Assembly (NCBI RefSeq): GCF_016432865.1
Contig: NC_067399.1
Location: 679,334,001-679,398,000, forward strand
Source of the DNA: Antechinus flavipes
Taxonomy: Eukaryota
DNA length: 64,000 nt
Direction of reading: 5' to 3'
Below the pieces are notes generated by a model, which was not told where the DNA came from, did no database searches, and worked only from the letters and a program-made list of their open reading frames with translations. Within the stretch, counting starts at the first letter, position 1. Each line of letters starts with the position of its first letter. Below are positions 38,431 through 51,204 of the stretch, piece after piece. Both the position numbers and the translations under genes were made by a program.

Positions 38431-40300
38431 GCTGAGGTTGTGGGGGTCCGAGGGGAGAGCTCGGGGCGGCTTCTTCTGCCCCTGCGAGGAATCACCCCCC
38501 CTCCCGTTCCCGCTGTTACTGTCCGCGGGGCCGTTTTTTTCGGGTATGAGACTTCCTGTGCTGCCTCCGGTCCCAACTTAAAGTTCTCATGACCTGATAC
38601 TGAGGCAAAGGAGCGCGCGCAGATTAAACGCGCTCTGGGGCTTTGTGTGTTTCACGCAACTAGGAAGGAAATGGGCACGAACTTATCCACGTGACTCCTA
38701 CGTAACGACAACGTGCGAGATTAGCCCCGGATGTAGCCTGGGAAAGGCAGCTCCGAATTGTCCCCCATTAGCCTCCAACACTGACCTGCTTTACCACCAC
38801 TTAGCGCGTTCCCTCCTCTTTGCCAGGTGGCCCCGAGACAGAACTCCCTGTGCCAGCTTTCAGAGGGGGAGTGGGGGGGGCGGCAGAATTGCCCCGGGGA
38901 GGGGGTGGGGGTGGGGCGGCAGAATTGCCCCGGGAGTGGGGGGGTGGGGCGGCAGAATTGCCCCGGGAGTGGGGGGGTGGGGCGGCAGAATTGCCCCGGG
39001 AGTGGGGGGGTGGGGCGGCAGAATTGCCCCGGGAGTGGGGGTGGGTGGGGCGGCAGAATTGCCCCGGGAGTGGGTGGGGGTGGGGCGGCAGAATTGCCCC
39101 GGGAGTGGGGGGGGTGGGGCGGCAGAATTGCCCCGGGAGTGGGTGGGGGTGGGGCGGCAGAATTGCCCCGGGAGTGGGGGGGGTGGGGCGGCAGAATTGC
39201 CCCGGGAGTGGGGGTGGGTGGGGCGGCAGAATTGCCCCGGGAGTGGGGGGGGCGGCAGAATTGCCCCGGGAGTGGGGGGGGTGGGGCGGCAGAATTGCCC
39301 CGGGGAGTGGATGGGGGTGGGGTCCCGCAGACGCTCTCCTGGCTAGTTCTGGGATTGCACCTCCCCGAAGGCCCGCCTGAGGGTCCCGGAGGTTGGCCCG
39401 TTTTCCCGACTCTGTCCCGGTTTTAAACCCCGGGTACCCCCAAACTGGGCCGAGCCCGCCTGGGCTAAGCCGAGACCCCCGGGGAGTGCTCAAGGATGAC
39501 TTGGCCTCTGGGGAGAGCATTTTTCAAGCGTGAGCTACCCCGGACCCCTAAGAGCAGCCGACTCTTTGTCCCAGCGAGCGCCGGGAGACCCGGGGCCCCC
39601 GAGGGCCGCCTGTCAGCAGCGCGGTCAGTAACGGGGCCGCGCCATCTCGCGGAGGATTTCCTTCCCCGCCTGCACAACCTCACGGGCCGGGGGCCGCGGA
39701 CACCATCTCTGCTGCCCTCCCCTCGTGACTCAGCCAGCAGTCTTTGATTGTTGATATTAAAAAATAACAAACCAGCTCCCCCTTCCCCCAGTCAGTCTCG
39801 GGGACCCGGCTTAAGCCCAAGTCGGCGATGGCAGCCCCGACAAAGCGCAGGGCATGCTGGGACGAACACTACGTGTTTGGAAGATTCTGCAATTACCCAA
39901 GATCACCTCCACACCACAAGGTGGCATCAGAGTAGAGATTTCAGGATTTAAAAAAAAAGATTCAATCCACCCTTAGTTTCCTGACCTAATCCCAAACCGA
40001 CCCTCAGCTGATGGGAGCTTCCATAGAATTCCAGCCCAGGAAAACGAGTTTTCCCTTCCATTTGTCGGAGTAACATTCACATGCATTTCTAAAGGGCCGC
40101 CCACCTTCTGCAGAGAGTGGGTTTGAACCCGTGAAGGCAGCAGTTCCCGTCACGGGGCCTGATCCTCAGGGCTCTCCTTAAGCCCAAGGTCAGTCGCCAA
40201 GGGCGGCCGGAGAGCAGAGGACGGGAGTCCGCGCGCGGCCCCTGAAGGGCTCCGGGCCTCCCGAGGGCATTTCCAATGGGCCCAGAGCCCCAGCTTCCTC
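38400..40300. promoter_or_regulatory. CpG island, promoter-like
   Basis: Dense CpG; ETS ACTTCCTG (38551), USF-type CCACGTGAC (38687-38695), GC/CACCC boxes in the VNTR, YY1-like CGCCATCT (39640), AP-1 TGACTCA (39726). Confidence 0.65.
38869..39322. repeat. G-rich VNTR, 13 copies of a 30-36 bp unit
   Basis: Core CGGCAGAATTGCCCCGGG at 38881, 38917, 38950, 38983, 39016, 39051, 39086, 39120, 39155, 39189, 39224, 39253, 39287; only the G/T spacer varies. Confidence 0.97.
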
Positions 40301-41289
40301 CGCTTCCTCACTGCACCCAGAGAAAGACAGACCCAAGTCTGCAGCTCCCTGGCAAGTCCTCATGAATTAATGCAAATGATGAGATGCAACGGTGTGACAA
40401 ATTTATCACAATAATTGCTACAGACAGATCATTTGACAGGTTCTGTACGAGCTTCCAAAACAATACAATCCAGACAAGTCCATCTTGGAATGCTTTTGGC
40501 TTCTGTGTTCTGGAAGGGTCCCCCCTGATTATATATTTTCTTCCTAAAAGTTTCCCCTTGGGATGGAGGCCTGTCTTGGCCAATCAAGAATGGTTAACAG
40601 CCCTAGGAGGAGCTGCCTACAGGTTGACAAGCAAACTGGTCAAATATCTCAATGTAATCTCCCAGGTAACTCGGTGTCGCAGCTTTCATCATCCCCAGGA
40701 AGTTTTCCTGAGGGTCTTGCAAAGGTACCAGGAAGCTTATGAAAATATAAAATCACTTAGGTCAAAGGTAAAGATCAGCTGCGCCGTAAAATATTCTCCT
40801 CTTTGAATTTTCCATTAAAAAATGGAGTTATTTTAAGAGATTAAAAATAGTGAAATTCATCTCATTCATTTCAACGATTTCTAGAGGTGAAAACATTTCT
40901 CAACTTAAAAAGGTTTTCCCTCAACCGTATAAAACAAACCCCTTTCCAACTCTCGCTCTTAGAATCAAAAGGGAATCACACAAACAGGACATCTAGGAAG
41001 CGCGCTCGTTAAGGAAGCGCCTTCTGCCTCCCGGCTGATTTGTGTGACTTCCCAGATAAAGCTCTTTCCTCCACTCCCATTCCAGCTCCTCGGCTATGAG
41101 TTATTGAGCCCCCATTAGAACGAAAACTCCTTGAGGGTAGAAAGTGACTTCTGGAGTTCGGACACACACTCACATGGTTATTGATTCCCCCCGTCCATCT
41201 ATTTATTCAAGAGATATTGATTATAGAGGAGCGACCCAGGCTACACCTGAACAAAATCCCCCACCCCGCTCTGCCTCTCACTCTTCCCC

Positions 41290-41470
41290 CCAATATTCAA
41301 CAAGACGGCTCGGGGTATTGTGGGGCTTGATGCAATTAGCACCGTGTCACATGCAAACAGGAGCATCTGGAGGACCCCTCCCTCTCTGGGGACTCTAACT
41401 TCCATTTGGACTCTTTGTTGGCCATCCTCCACGACAGCAGTGAACACATTTGGCAAGCATATGTCTCCCT
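41290..41470 (-). mobile_element. RTE reverse-transcriptase fragment (marsupial RTE)
   Basis: PNVFTAVVEDGQQRVQME..VLQMLLFACDTVLIASSP, a decayed LLFADDIVLI RT motif. Confidence 0.85.
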
Positions 41471-41569
41471 GTTTTACGCCTCACTAGTTATGGAGAATCA
41501 GAGCATTGGTAAACAAAGTTACCTCTAGGGCAGCCTCGGTGAAGGGATGTTGGGGGACGGGGAGTGCCC

Positions 41570-41640
41570 TGGGAAAAGAAGCGGAACCGGGGGCCGGGAG
41601 CTCGGGTTCGAACCCCTGCTCTCCCGCTTCCTCAGCGCCC
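41570..41640 (+). mobile_element. MIR tRNA-derived head, GC-shifted, with a perfect B-box
   Basis: gggaaaagaagcggaaccgggggccgggagctcgggttcgaacccctgctctcccgcttcctcagc aligns to the MIR 5' end. Confidence 0.6.
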
Positions 41641-42149
41641 GTCCGAACACGGGCTCGGCCACGGCCGAAGGCCTCGTTCCCGCACGGAACGGATTGGCAG
41701 GAGAATCTCTGAGTCTGCTTAGCTCCAAACCTCCGGTTCCCTGGGAGCAGGATCACAAGGCGGTGCCAGAGACACCGCGTCCGGGCGCAGAGACGGCCGG
41801 GGCTGCCCGACTTGGAATCCTGGGCACGGATCCCGATGGTCTCGGAGGCAGGTGATCCGCAGGGATCCACCAGGGAGCCCTGGCCACACCGCCCGTGATC
41901 TGTAAATCACCCCCCCCCCCTTACATCTGAAGACCAGGATCATGGGCCCGGGTTATTGTGAAGGAACCGGAGGGATAGGTTGGAAACTGAGGCTGCAGAA
42001 AAGCATTAAGGATGCCCATGCTCCGAATGGGGCGGATGCTGGTGGAGGAGGAAGAGGGAGAGCAGAGGGGCAGGGGGCTGGACCGTACTCTAGATGCTCA
42101 AAAAGGGGGCGGGAACAAGCAGATATCATTCACCAGATGCCTGGGACTG

Positions 42150-42530
42150 CACTTCACAAATATGATCTCATCTGCTCCTCACAACTGCAAAATAGGGGCT
42201 GCTGTTACCCCCATGCTGCACGTGGGGAAACTGAGGCAAGCAGAGGGTAAGGGATTCGATCATCATCACACAGGGATAATTCTATAAGGCTTTGGAGATG
42301 GGATAATAATCATGGCAGCCAGCCTCAAAAAGGGCTTTTATGTGCCAGACATTGTGCTAAATGCGGTCACCTGATCCTCACAATAGCCCTGCGAGGGAGC
42401 TGCCAGTGCCCTCCCATTTTACACGGGATAACCCTGAGTCAGCAAGAGAAGGGGCTTGCCCTGGACCACGTGGTACTTGTTTCTGGGGCAGCATTTGAAC
42501 CCAGGTCTGTCTGGTACTTAGCCTGACACA
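42150..42530 (-). mobile_element. Two MIR SINEs
   Basis: atctcatctgctcctcacaac..ggggaaactgaggcaagcagagggtaag; gtgccagacattgtgctaaat..tgatcctcacaatagccctg..atttgaacccaggtct. Confidence 0.8.
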
Positions 42531-42789
42531 GCCTCCTCACCACCTGCTCTCTGTGGAGAAAACGACCAAGAATTGCAGAAAATGAGAAAGTTCAGTTGGG
42601 TTTTGAGAACAAATTCTCCCTGGGGAGATCGTGAGTTCCTGTGTGTGAAGAATGACTCTCCTTATGTAACCTCATCAGAACTTGCCCTTTTTGGTGACGT
42701 GGCAAAGCATCCATCAAACGCTCTTCGGGCTGGTCCGGGGTTCAAGGTTCCTTTCTTTTTTTAAGGAAAGTTGTCCAATGCCCTAGTCT

Positions 42790-43420
42790 CTCCTGCTGCT
42801 GCTGCTGCTACTATACTACCTCCCTTCCCCCCCCCCCCCATGATTACTATATGGTCACTGCTTCTGCTATCATGGCTACTGCTGCCTTCGCGACCACTAC
42901 AACCACCGGCATCACTACCACTACTGCTACCGTTGCTGCTGTTGCTNNNNNNNNNNNNNNNNNNNNNNNNNNNNNNNNNNNNNNNNNNNNNNNNNNNNNN
43001 NNNNNNNNNNNNNNNNNNNNNNNNNNNNNNNNNNNNNNNNNNNNNNNNNNNNNNNNNNNNNNNNNNNNNNNNNNNNNNNNNNNNNNTTCTTTCTCTTTCT
43101 CTTTGTTCTTCTTNNNNNNNNNNNNNNNNNNNNNNNNNNNNNNNNNNNNNNNNNNNNNNNNNNNNNNNNNNNNNNNNNNNNNNNNNNNNNNNNNNNNNNN
43201 NNNNNNNNNNNNNNNNNNNNNNNNNNNNNNNNNNNNNNNNNNNNNNNNNNNNNNNNNNNNNNNNNNNNNNNNNNNNNNNNNNNNNNNNNNNNNNNNNNNN
43301 NNNNNNNNNNNNNNNNNNNNNNNNNNNNNNNNNNNNNNNNNNNNNNNNNNNNNNNNNNNNNNNNNNNNNGCTACTTCCACCTTTACTAATAATAACACTA
43401 CTTTAAGGTTTACCAACCAC
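42790..43420. repeat. Mixed CTG/CTA/CTT trinucleotide low-complexity tract with gaps
   Basis: ctgctgctgctgctacta, actaccactactgctacc, ttcttctct. Confidence 0.85.
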
Positions 43421-43869
43421 TTTACAAATACTACCTTATTTGCCCCAAACTTTGGAAGGTAGGAATTACTGTTATTATTATTTTATGGATGAGGAAACTG
43501 AAGCAAACTCTGGTTAAGTGACTTGTCCAGGGTCACCCCCCCTGGGGAGGGTCCCAGGGTCTCTCCAAGTGCAGGTGCAGTGCTCTCAGCACTGGCCGCT
43601 CTGCGTTCCTCTCTATCTGTCAGGTCGCACTTGGGGAGATGGCATCCCTTTCCAATTCTCATCTGACCGGGGAGGTCATCAGAGAAGCTAAACTCAATGA
43701 GAATTTGGCAGAACTCCGTGCCAGAGGCCTGATGACTTTGCCGATGGCCCAGAGGTAGACTCTCCCCACAATTCTGGTCCTTTCCATTTGGGATCCCTTC
43801 CTTCATGTACGTTGCATGAAGGTCGGGGACTTCCCTTCTCCTGGGGGTCTGCACCCACAAGTTGGCCCT

Positions 43870-44900
43870 CAGTGGCTGCTCCGCTTAATGAGTCGCAATG
43901 CTGGGTAGCACGTTTGTTGGCACCTGTGTGGAGCTGGCACTCTGTCAGTTGAGCCCATATTAAACTGAATTAATGAATTGTTCTCTCCTGCATCTATATG
44001 TCCTCTGCTTCGCTCGTGCCCTCTCTTTGACCAGAGCTTCAGAAGGCGGGCTTGTCCCCTGACCTGTGTAAGCCCCCTGGCAGCCATCACCAGCACCTGA
44101 CATGACGCGGGACATTTGGGGACACAGGCTGCCAAGGCCGGGTTCCAAGCCTCGCTGAGCCCCCCATGTCGCCGGAAGTCCCCAGTCACATTCCCCCTCC
44201 CCCCCAACTACTCCCCTGAGCGGTCCCGCGGCTTCTGCTGGCTCCGGGCTGCGTTCCCTCTCCGTCCCGAGCATTCCAAGGAGCCCAGCTCGTCCACTAA
44301 TGGCAGCCCCAGAACGGGGGCCAAGTCTTGTACCTTCTCCAGTTTCTGCTTTAGGGATGACGTGAGGAAATATGAGCCCATGTTCTGACTCCCTTATCTA
44401 AGGCGAAGCCTTGTGAATGATTTGGGAGCTGGAAAAAGCAGAGCCTGTCTTCTCTGAGTCTCCCAAACAGGCTCTGAAGGATGGCTCCGAAGGCGAGTCG
44501 AGATTAATCAGGCCCCTCTGCCCGGGAGACTTTGAGGCCCATGACCACAGGCCCCGCTTTGCGTTGGCTCATTGCTGGAAGGAGCCCCATTTACGGAGCG
44601 GGTTTGATATATTTGAATAAACTCTTCAGAATGAAACTGGATATTCAGCAAAAGGGGAAATATATGATGTGGCATTCTCATCTCCCTTCCCTCCCTTCCC
44701 CTGAAGGTTATTTTTATTACACGCCAACACACATACGTGCACGCAGACATCCCCCACGCACCTAGGAACATTTCCCGTCACGGGAGGGTTTTTAGGCGCT
44801 CTCTTGTTTCTCGTAGGGTTGTTTCTCGTCACACCAGTCGCTGGCCGATACGTCCCAGTACCACTCACCTGAGCTGGAGGAGCCCAAGAGTCTTGTCCTT
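43870..44900. promoter_or_regulatory. CpG-rich patch
   Basis: Raised CpG; CCGGAAGT (ETS) near 44173; TGACGT near 44358. Confidence 0.4.
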
Positions 44901-45639
44901 CACCCTCAAGTTTTCCCATTAGTCTGCAGAAGGATTCCACGTGTCCTCCTTCCATCTGCGAACTGGATTATTCATCCAGGGCAAAGGTCCTGTATTTCTT
45001 GGCATCCCCTACACTGCCATGTATAAATCATGATAAAGCATGATTGCTCTGTAGGGCCCACTGATGGTTTCAATTTGGCCAATGAAGAGCTGGATTTTTT
45101 AAAAAGTTTAATTTAAAGCCCAGTCTGTTTGGTACAAACGATTCTACGATAAGACGGCTGTAGTTGTGGGCTTCCCAGCCGATGAAAATAATCACAGGAA
45201 TAAAATGTGAACCCAGCTCCAAAGTGGATCCTCACTCTACTAGCTAATGCCTCAGTAAGTCTGTGTTGTACATCCTTTTATAGCCAATTAAGAAGATGTT
45301 TTATTTCCCTCATTAATGGGGAAGCTCCCAGTCACCATGTTGAATCAATAAGGATGAGTTTGCACATCCTGTGAGAAGCCTTTCCTGGGGGCAAGCAGAG
45401 CATTTGTCATCTTTATAATAAAGCTTTCCAATTTCTCTGATTAATATTTAAAAGAAATAACATGACCTGAGGAATATATATAATACCCTCATTCGAAGAC
45501 ACGCCGCACTCCACCACTCACTTGGGTTTTCGGGCTAATGTGCCATCCTTCCCACATACATCCGCTCCCCTTAGAATCGGTCTCAGGCACATTTTCTTCT
45601 GCAGTATCTTCTCCTACCTCCTGCCCATCTCACAGCATC

Positions 45640-45900
45640 ATTCAATCCTAGATTGGAAGATGAGAGACAGTTGGGGATCTTTGAGTCCAAATCCCTCATT
45701 TTATAGATGGAGAAAATGACATTGGGAGACTCTCAATTGCAGGATCAAAGATTTGGGGCGAGAAGGGATCTCAGGAGTCATCCAGCTCAACTTGAACCTG
45801 AACAAGAACCCCTTTGGGCCACACGTAGTTAGCTTGGGCTTGATGACTTTTTGGGGAGTCCATTCCACTTTGGGGTAGATCTCGGTATTAGGATTTTTGT
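45640..45900 (-). mobile_element. MIR3 piece plus L3/CR1 3' end
   Basis: gagtccaaatccctcattttatagatggag; gaagggatctcaggagtcatccagctcaac..cctgaacaagaacccc..ccattccacttttgg. Confidence 0.7.
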
Positions 45901-46854
45901 TTATTTATATCCACATACTAAATCTTTTCAACGTCTTTCCATTAATTTTTGTTCTGCCCTCTAAAGTCAAACTGAGTAATTTTATCGTTCTATATAAAAG
46001 TCATTGAAATACTTGAAAATGCTCTCTGAGGGAACCACACAGCTCTCCAAGCTATACTCTACCTAACTCGCTTCTGATATGAGATGGATCATCTGTCCTC
46101 CCAAATAAAAGTATATTATGGTCCAATGGAAAGAGCCCTGGTCCAAGGACACTGGACCTTCATTCAGATATCCCCTTGGATATATGTATTCCTTTGGAAA
46201 CTCAATTTCCATTGGCCTATGTTGAAATGAAAATTTTAATGAGTTGCCTCTGAGGTTCACTCTTAGCTCATCCAGATCTATAATATGACACCATTTGGTG
46301 TGGGATGAGCTTCTATTCTGTTTCAATTTGCAGACAAGTTTTGTCCATTCTGCTGCTACCATATGTCTCTTCTTCACATAGCCACTATCCAATAATTGGC
46401 AATCATTACCTCTTACTGGGGTTATTTCAGAGAACTATGGTTAGGAGCTCCAGCAGAGTACAAAAAATGATGTGGTCTAGACAACTTGTTTAACTGGGGA
46501 TAAGGAGAGGCTTGAAACTTAATGGCACCTCTTGCCCTATTTATGACGTGATCATCAGGAAATCACTCTGTCTCTCTGTGCCTCAGTTTTCTCCTGTAAA
46601 AGATAGGGAAAATAATTTCTGTAATAACTATTCATCTTTCCAAAGTCTGATAAAGTTCAAAGTTAAAATTTTTGCAAACTTAAAAGGTATAAAAATGTCA
46701 TCCGCTATTTTCTTCACACGTATACCTCCGTCTTCTCTAATGAATGCATTAACAGTTGGTTAATATGCTTCTAATCTAAGCCAGGGGCCTTTGTAAGATA
46801 GTTGTATTTTAGAATTAGGTTTCAAACAATTTGAAGTAATTTTGTGATCCTGAA

Positions 46855-47020
46855 GAAGAGAGAGAAAGAGAGAAAGGAGGGTAAGGCAGATAGAGACAGA
46901 GAAAAGGAGAAGGAGATAGAAAGTCAGAAAGAGAAAGAAAACAAAGAGAAATAGGAGGATAGAGACAGGGAGAGAAAGAGAGATGAACAAAGGCAGAGAG
47001 GAAGAGAGGGAGACTCCTGT
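46855..47020. repeat. GA-rich low-complexity tract
   Basis: Polypurine run. Confidence 0.85.
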
Positions 47021-47719
47021 TTCCCCCTTTCAATCATATCCTTGACTCCATCTGTGTGATAAACAAAACAACAAATATGGGTGTGTTGCTGTGGCTGCAT
47101 TTTAATGGAATAGAATATTTTGCTTCTTTTTTAAAGGAAAAAAAAAAAACTGTTTCCTTTGAAATAGCCTCATTGACTATATGGTGGGTTTGAGACTGAC
47201 CCACATGTTATTCCTTCATAGGACTGATCTTACCTCACTTTCTGCCACCAACTAAGAAAACATGTCTGGTGCTGGTAATGTGGTGAGAAGTGCCGACTAA
47301 TTTGACTCAAGGTAGACCCAAGTCCAGAATTGTCAGCTCAGGTTCCCCCACGACACTTGGTGCTATGAGTAGAACAGCCATGGGTTAAACAACCCCCCTT
47401 TAAAAGATGCAAAATTTCACATCAGAGATAAGTCATACCCACAAATAGCCATAGACCATGATTCTCTGGGGAAAGAACATACCAGATGACTGGAATTCAG
47501 AAGAACAAAATATTTCAGAGAATCCTGAGCTGAAATAAGGCTATGTGTCACAATGGAGACGTCTAGGGTTAGGAGACAGAGATCTTAGGTTAAAAGAACA
47601 ACCCTACAAACTGCATTTGTTGTTTGTTCTTTCTTTTCAAAGAAGACCAATGATTCTATGGTCTTGATGTCTTAATGTGTGAGTCAACTGGATTTAAGTG
47701 AAAGAGAGCTGCATAGTCA

Positions 47720-49270
47720 TCAGTCTCCCAAAGCGGGTCTCAAACTGTATTATAAAATCATAATCATCGAAATGATCAGGTTGTGGCAAAGAAACAGAAT
47801 GGTGGATCAGTGGGATGGATTAGGCTCACCAAAGAAGGAATACATGTCCAAAACAATCTATTTTTTGATAAACCCCAAAACATGACTTAGAACAGCAGCA
47901 TATGGTTATCTAATTGTTAAGCAATCATTAGATGGAGGCATGTGTGTGGAGAGAATAAGAAATGATATTTCTATACCTTAAAGTTTGCAAAATATCATCT
48001 ACTTTGAACTTCATCAAACCTTAGGAGAGATGAATAGTTATAAGAAGAATTATTATTCCTATTTTACAAAGGAGGAAACGGAGGTACAGAGAGGTAGAGT
48101 GATTTCCTGATGATTACAACAGTAATAGGGCAAAAACCTATATCAAAGAACTCACTCTTTGACAAAATCTTTGGGGAAAATTAGAAAACAATATGGCAGA
48201 AATCAGGTATAGATTAACATTTCATATGAAGTTAAGATCAAAATGGGTGTGTGATTTAGACATAAAGTGTTATATAAAAGCAACTTAGGAGAACAAGGAA
48301 TATTTAACAAGGTAAGTGCCTATGAAAAAGAAAAGATTATGACTAAGCGAGAGGTAGAGACCATTAGTAAAATGTATAATTTTGATTGCATTAAATTAAA
48401 AAGGTTTTGCACAAACAAAATCATTGCAACCAAGATTAGAAGGAAAGCAGGAAACTTTTTTTTTTAACAGCAAGTATCTCTGTTAAAGGCCTCATTTCTC
48501 AAATATATAGAAACTGAGTGAAATTTGTAAAAATTATGAATTATTACCCAATGGGACATTAATGCACTAATGAAGGAACTGTGAACCAGTCTAAGCATTC
48601 TGGAGAGCAATGCCCAAGGGATTGTAAAACTGTATATCTCTGTATCTGGCTCTGTATCTCAAAGAGATCAAAGAAAAAGGAAAAAGACCTATATGTACAA
48701 AATATTTATAATAGCTCTTTTTGTGGTAGCAAAGAATTGAAATGGGAGGGATGTTCATGAGTTAAAACTGTCTGAACAAGTTGTGGTATATGATTGTAAT
48801 GGAATACTGTTGTACTATGAGAAAGGGAAAAAGGATAATTTCAGAAAAAACTGGAAAGACTTACGTGAACTGAGGTAAAGTGACGTGAGTAGAATGAGAT
48901 GAATATTATACACAGATAACAACATTGCACAATGATCAACTGTAAAAGTCTTAGCTATTTTCAGCACACAATGATCCAAGAGTTTTCCAAACAACTCATG
49001 GTGAAAAATTCTATCCACCTCCAGAGAAAGAACTGATGGAGTATGAATAGAGATCAAAACATACTCTTCTCATTTTTTAATATTTTACTTATTTGTTTGT
49101 CTTCTTTCATAATATGATTAATATGTTAGTATGTTTTATATTATCACACATTTATAATTTGTGTCAAATAACTTGCTGTTTTGTGGCAGGAAAAGGAAGG
49201 AGAAAATTTTGAACTCAAAATTTCAAAATAAAATGAATGTTAAAAGTAGTTTTTACATGTAATTGGGGCT
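47720..49270 (+). mobile_element. L1 ORF2 C-terminal part and 3' UTR (fragmented, MIR piece inside)
   Basis: aaactgtattataaa..tttgataaacccc; attaaattaaaaaggttttgcacaaacaaaa; ctggaaagacttacgtgaactga..ccacctccagagaaagaactgatgg. Confidence 0.85.
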
Positions 49271-49315
49271 AATGTAATTTTTTTAAAGTCATCAGCCTTA
49301 CCTTCTCTTCTACAG

Positions 49316-49566
49316 TTATCAAAGTCCAAAGACAAAAATCATGCTGAGTAGCAGTGTCCCAGGATGCAGTGGGTGACCTTCACATCGCTGATCTCTGACC
49401 CAGCTCTAAGCACTCCACTGTACCTGCCTCAGTTGCCTGCCAGGAAACAAACTGTTCTCACCCACCCTTTCTAGCAGTAGAAATCTCCATAAACATGGGG
49501 CAGACACTCCCTTAACCACCGGGGCCTGTCAGTTATGCTCAGCCTGGTTTAGCCCATCTGCCACAG
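49316..49566 (+). other. Candidate non-coding internal exon
   Basis: Branch-like CTAAT at 49269, acceptor ccttaccttctcttctacAG, donor CAG|GTGAGT; all three frames contain stops. Confidence 0.3.
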
Positions 49567-49924
49567 GTGAGTGTCCATGCTCACACTACAGCTCCTTGGA
49601 GCCCCATGGGAGTTGGGTCGCAGGTGGACCCCAAAGATGCTTGAACAGCCCTCCCACAGAGGGGCTCCTCCTCTCTTAGCACAGGCTGAGCACTTGGGGC
49701 AATCGCCCTTGGCCTTAGTTACTTGAGCCATAACATGAGGAAGTGAAAAGAAACAGTCTCCTTTAAGAGTCCTTCCAGGTCCAAATCTGAGATTCCAAGA
49801 TAGGCCATGACTACACTTTGTAATTAAGGAGAGAGAGGCTTAAGTGAGGTCCCAGCTAATGGTGGGTCACAGGTGACGTTTGACCTTGTTTTTTGTTTTT
49901 TTTACTCCAAGATCAACATGGAGT

Positions 49925-50130
49925 TCTGTATGTATGTTGTGGTTCAGTCATTTTAGTTTTGCCTTACTCTTTGTGACTCCATTTGTTTTTTGTTTTGTTT
50001 TGTTTTGTTTTGGCAAAGATATTGGAGTGTTTGCCTTGTCTTTTTTCAGTTAATTTTATAGAATGAGAAAACTGAAGCAAATGGGGTTTAATGACTGTGC
50101 AGAGTCACACAGTTACTAAATATCTACCAG
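49925..50130 (-). mobile_element. Mar1-like CORE-SINE
   Basis: gttgtggttcagtcatttt..ctctttgtgactccattt..ttggcaaagatattggagtg..gagaaaactgaagcaaa. Confidence 0.8.
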
Positions 50131-51204
50131 GACCATAAATTGAGAACTGGAAGGAAACTTACAGAGATTATCTAATCAAGCCTCTCTAGTGTGTTATAAA
50201 AGGTTTTTCTTATTTAAGTTCAAAATAAAATAAATACAAAATTTTCGAAAGGAAATCAGTTTGAATCTCCCCAAAACAACACAAAACACCACAACATAAT
50301 AACCTTTAGAAGAGGAGAAAATCTTCCTCCATGACACTCATACATTTTCAGTCAGAACTAAATCTCCTCAGTGATGAGGAGAAACACAAATCCAGAAAAA
50401 TCTTGTATATTGCAAATCCAACAAACAAAACAAACACTATAAAAGTAAATCCATCTACATAGTATGAGGAGAAGAAATGAATGACTGAGACTTATTTTCT
50501 CTAAGAATGAGTCAAAACTATTTTGACTTAAATGCAGAGCAAAATCTGAAAGTCATAGAGGGAACAACGTGAAAACAATTATTTGCCTAATTATGCCAGC
50601 AATGTATTTCCATTCACCTCATCATGAGTGACCTTGGTCAATGTCCTTGCAGAAATCCCCTAGAGTCCACCCAAGAACATGCTTGGTATCTTCCTCTGCA
50701 TCTCCTGACAAAGCAGAGTGTGCAGTAGAGCCCAAGGATGATTCACTGTTTATTCCTTGCTCTCTCTACATGGCCATGTTGCCTCATTTTATGATCATAT
50801 ACAGGACGTTCCGTTTCCTGTCTCTAGAACTTTGCACTGCCCATCTCCCATGGAGAAATATATCCTGTCGTCACTTGTACCTTATAGCACACCTTACTTC
50901 TGTCCGCACGTATCAAGATTCATCTAAAAGCATTTTATATTAATCTTTTATAGATACATACATCTATAAATGCATAAAATACATGTACATATATACATAC
51001 ACACAATTATGTGTTCTGCCTTGATAAAATTCAATTTATTAAGAGCAATTGGTTGATTTCCACCTCTATTCAGAATGGTACAAGAAAAAAAAAAAACTTC
51101 AACATTAGAGTTAGGGGACCTCAGGTGCTTACCATCTCTGTGATCTTGAACAAACACTTAAACTCTTGGGACTTCAGTGTCCTCAGGTGTACTGAGGGCA
51201 TTGG

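Noticed and set aside
38869-39322. CRISPR-like look (constant repeat with variable spacers)
   Set aside because: Spacers are just G/T runs, not unique sequences; mammalian context with no cas genes
38645-39520. Long overlapping ORFs (186-239 aa) on both strands
   Set aside because: They are translations of the stop-free G-rich VNTR; the peptides are simple repeats with no recognisable domain
40384-40806. 140-aa plus-strand ORF
   Set aside because: No recognisable protein; only the internal splice-site pair is retained as speculation
41560-41680. tRNA gene suggested by GGTTCGAACCC
   Set aside because: No cloverleaf could be built; the flanks align to the MIR head
46063-46392. 109-aa minus-strand ORF first thought to be RTE or transposase
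   Set aside because: Most of it is the antisense of a MIR3 at about 46110-46285
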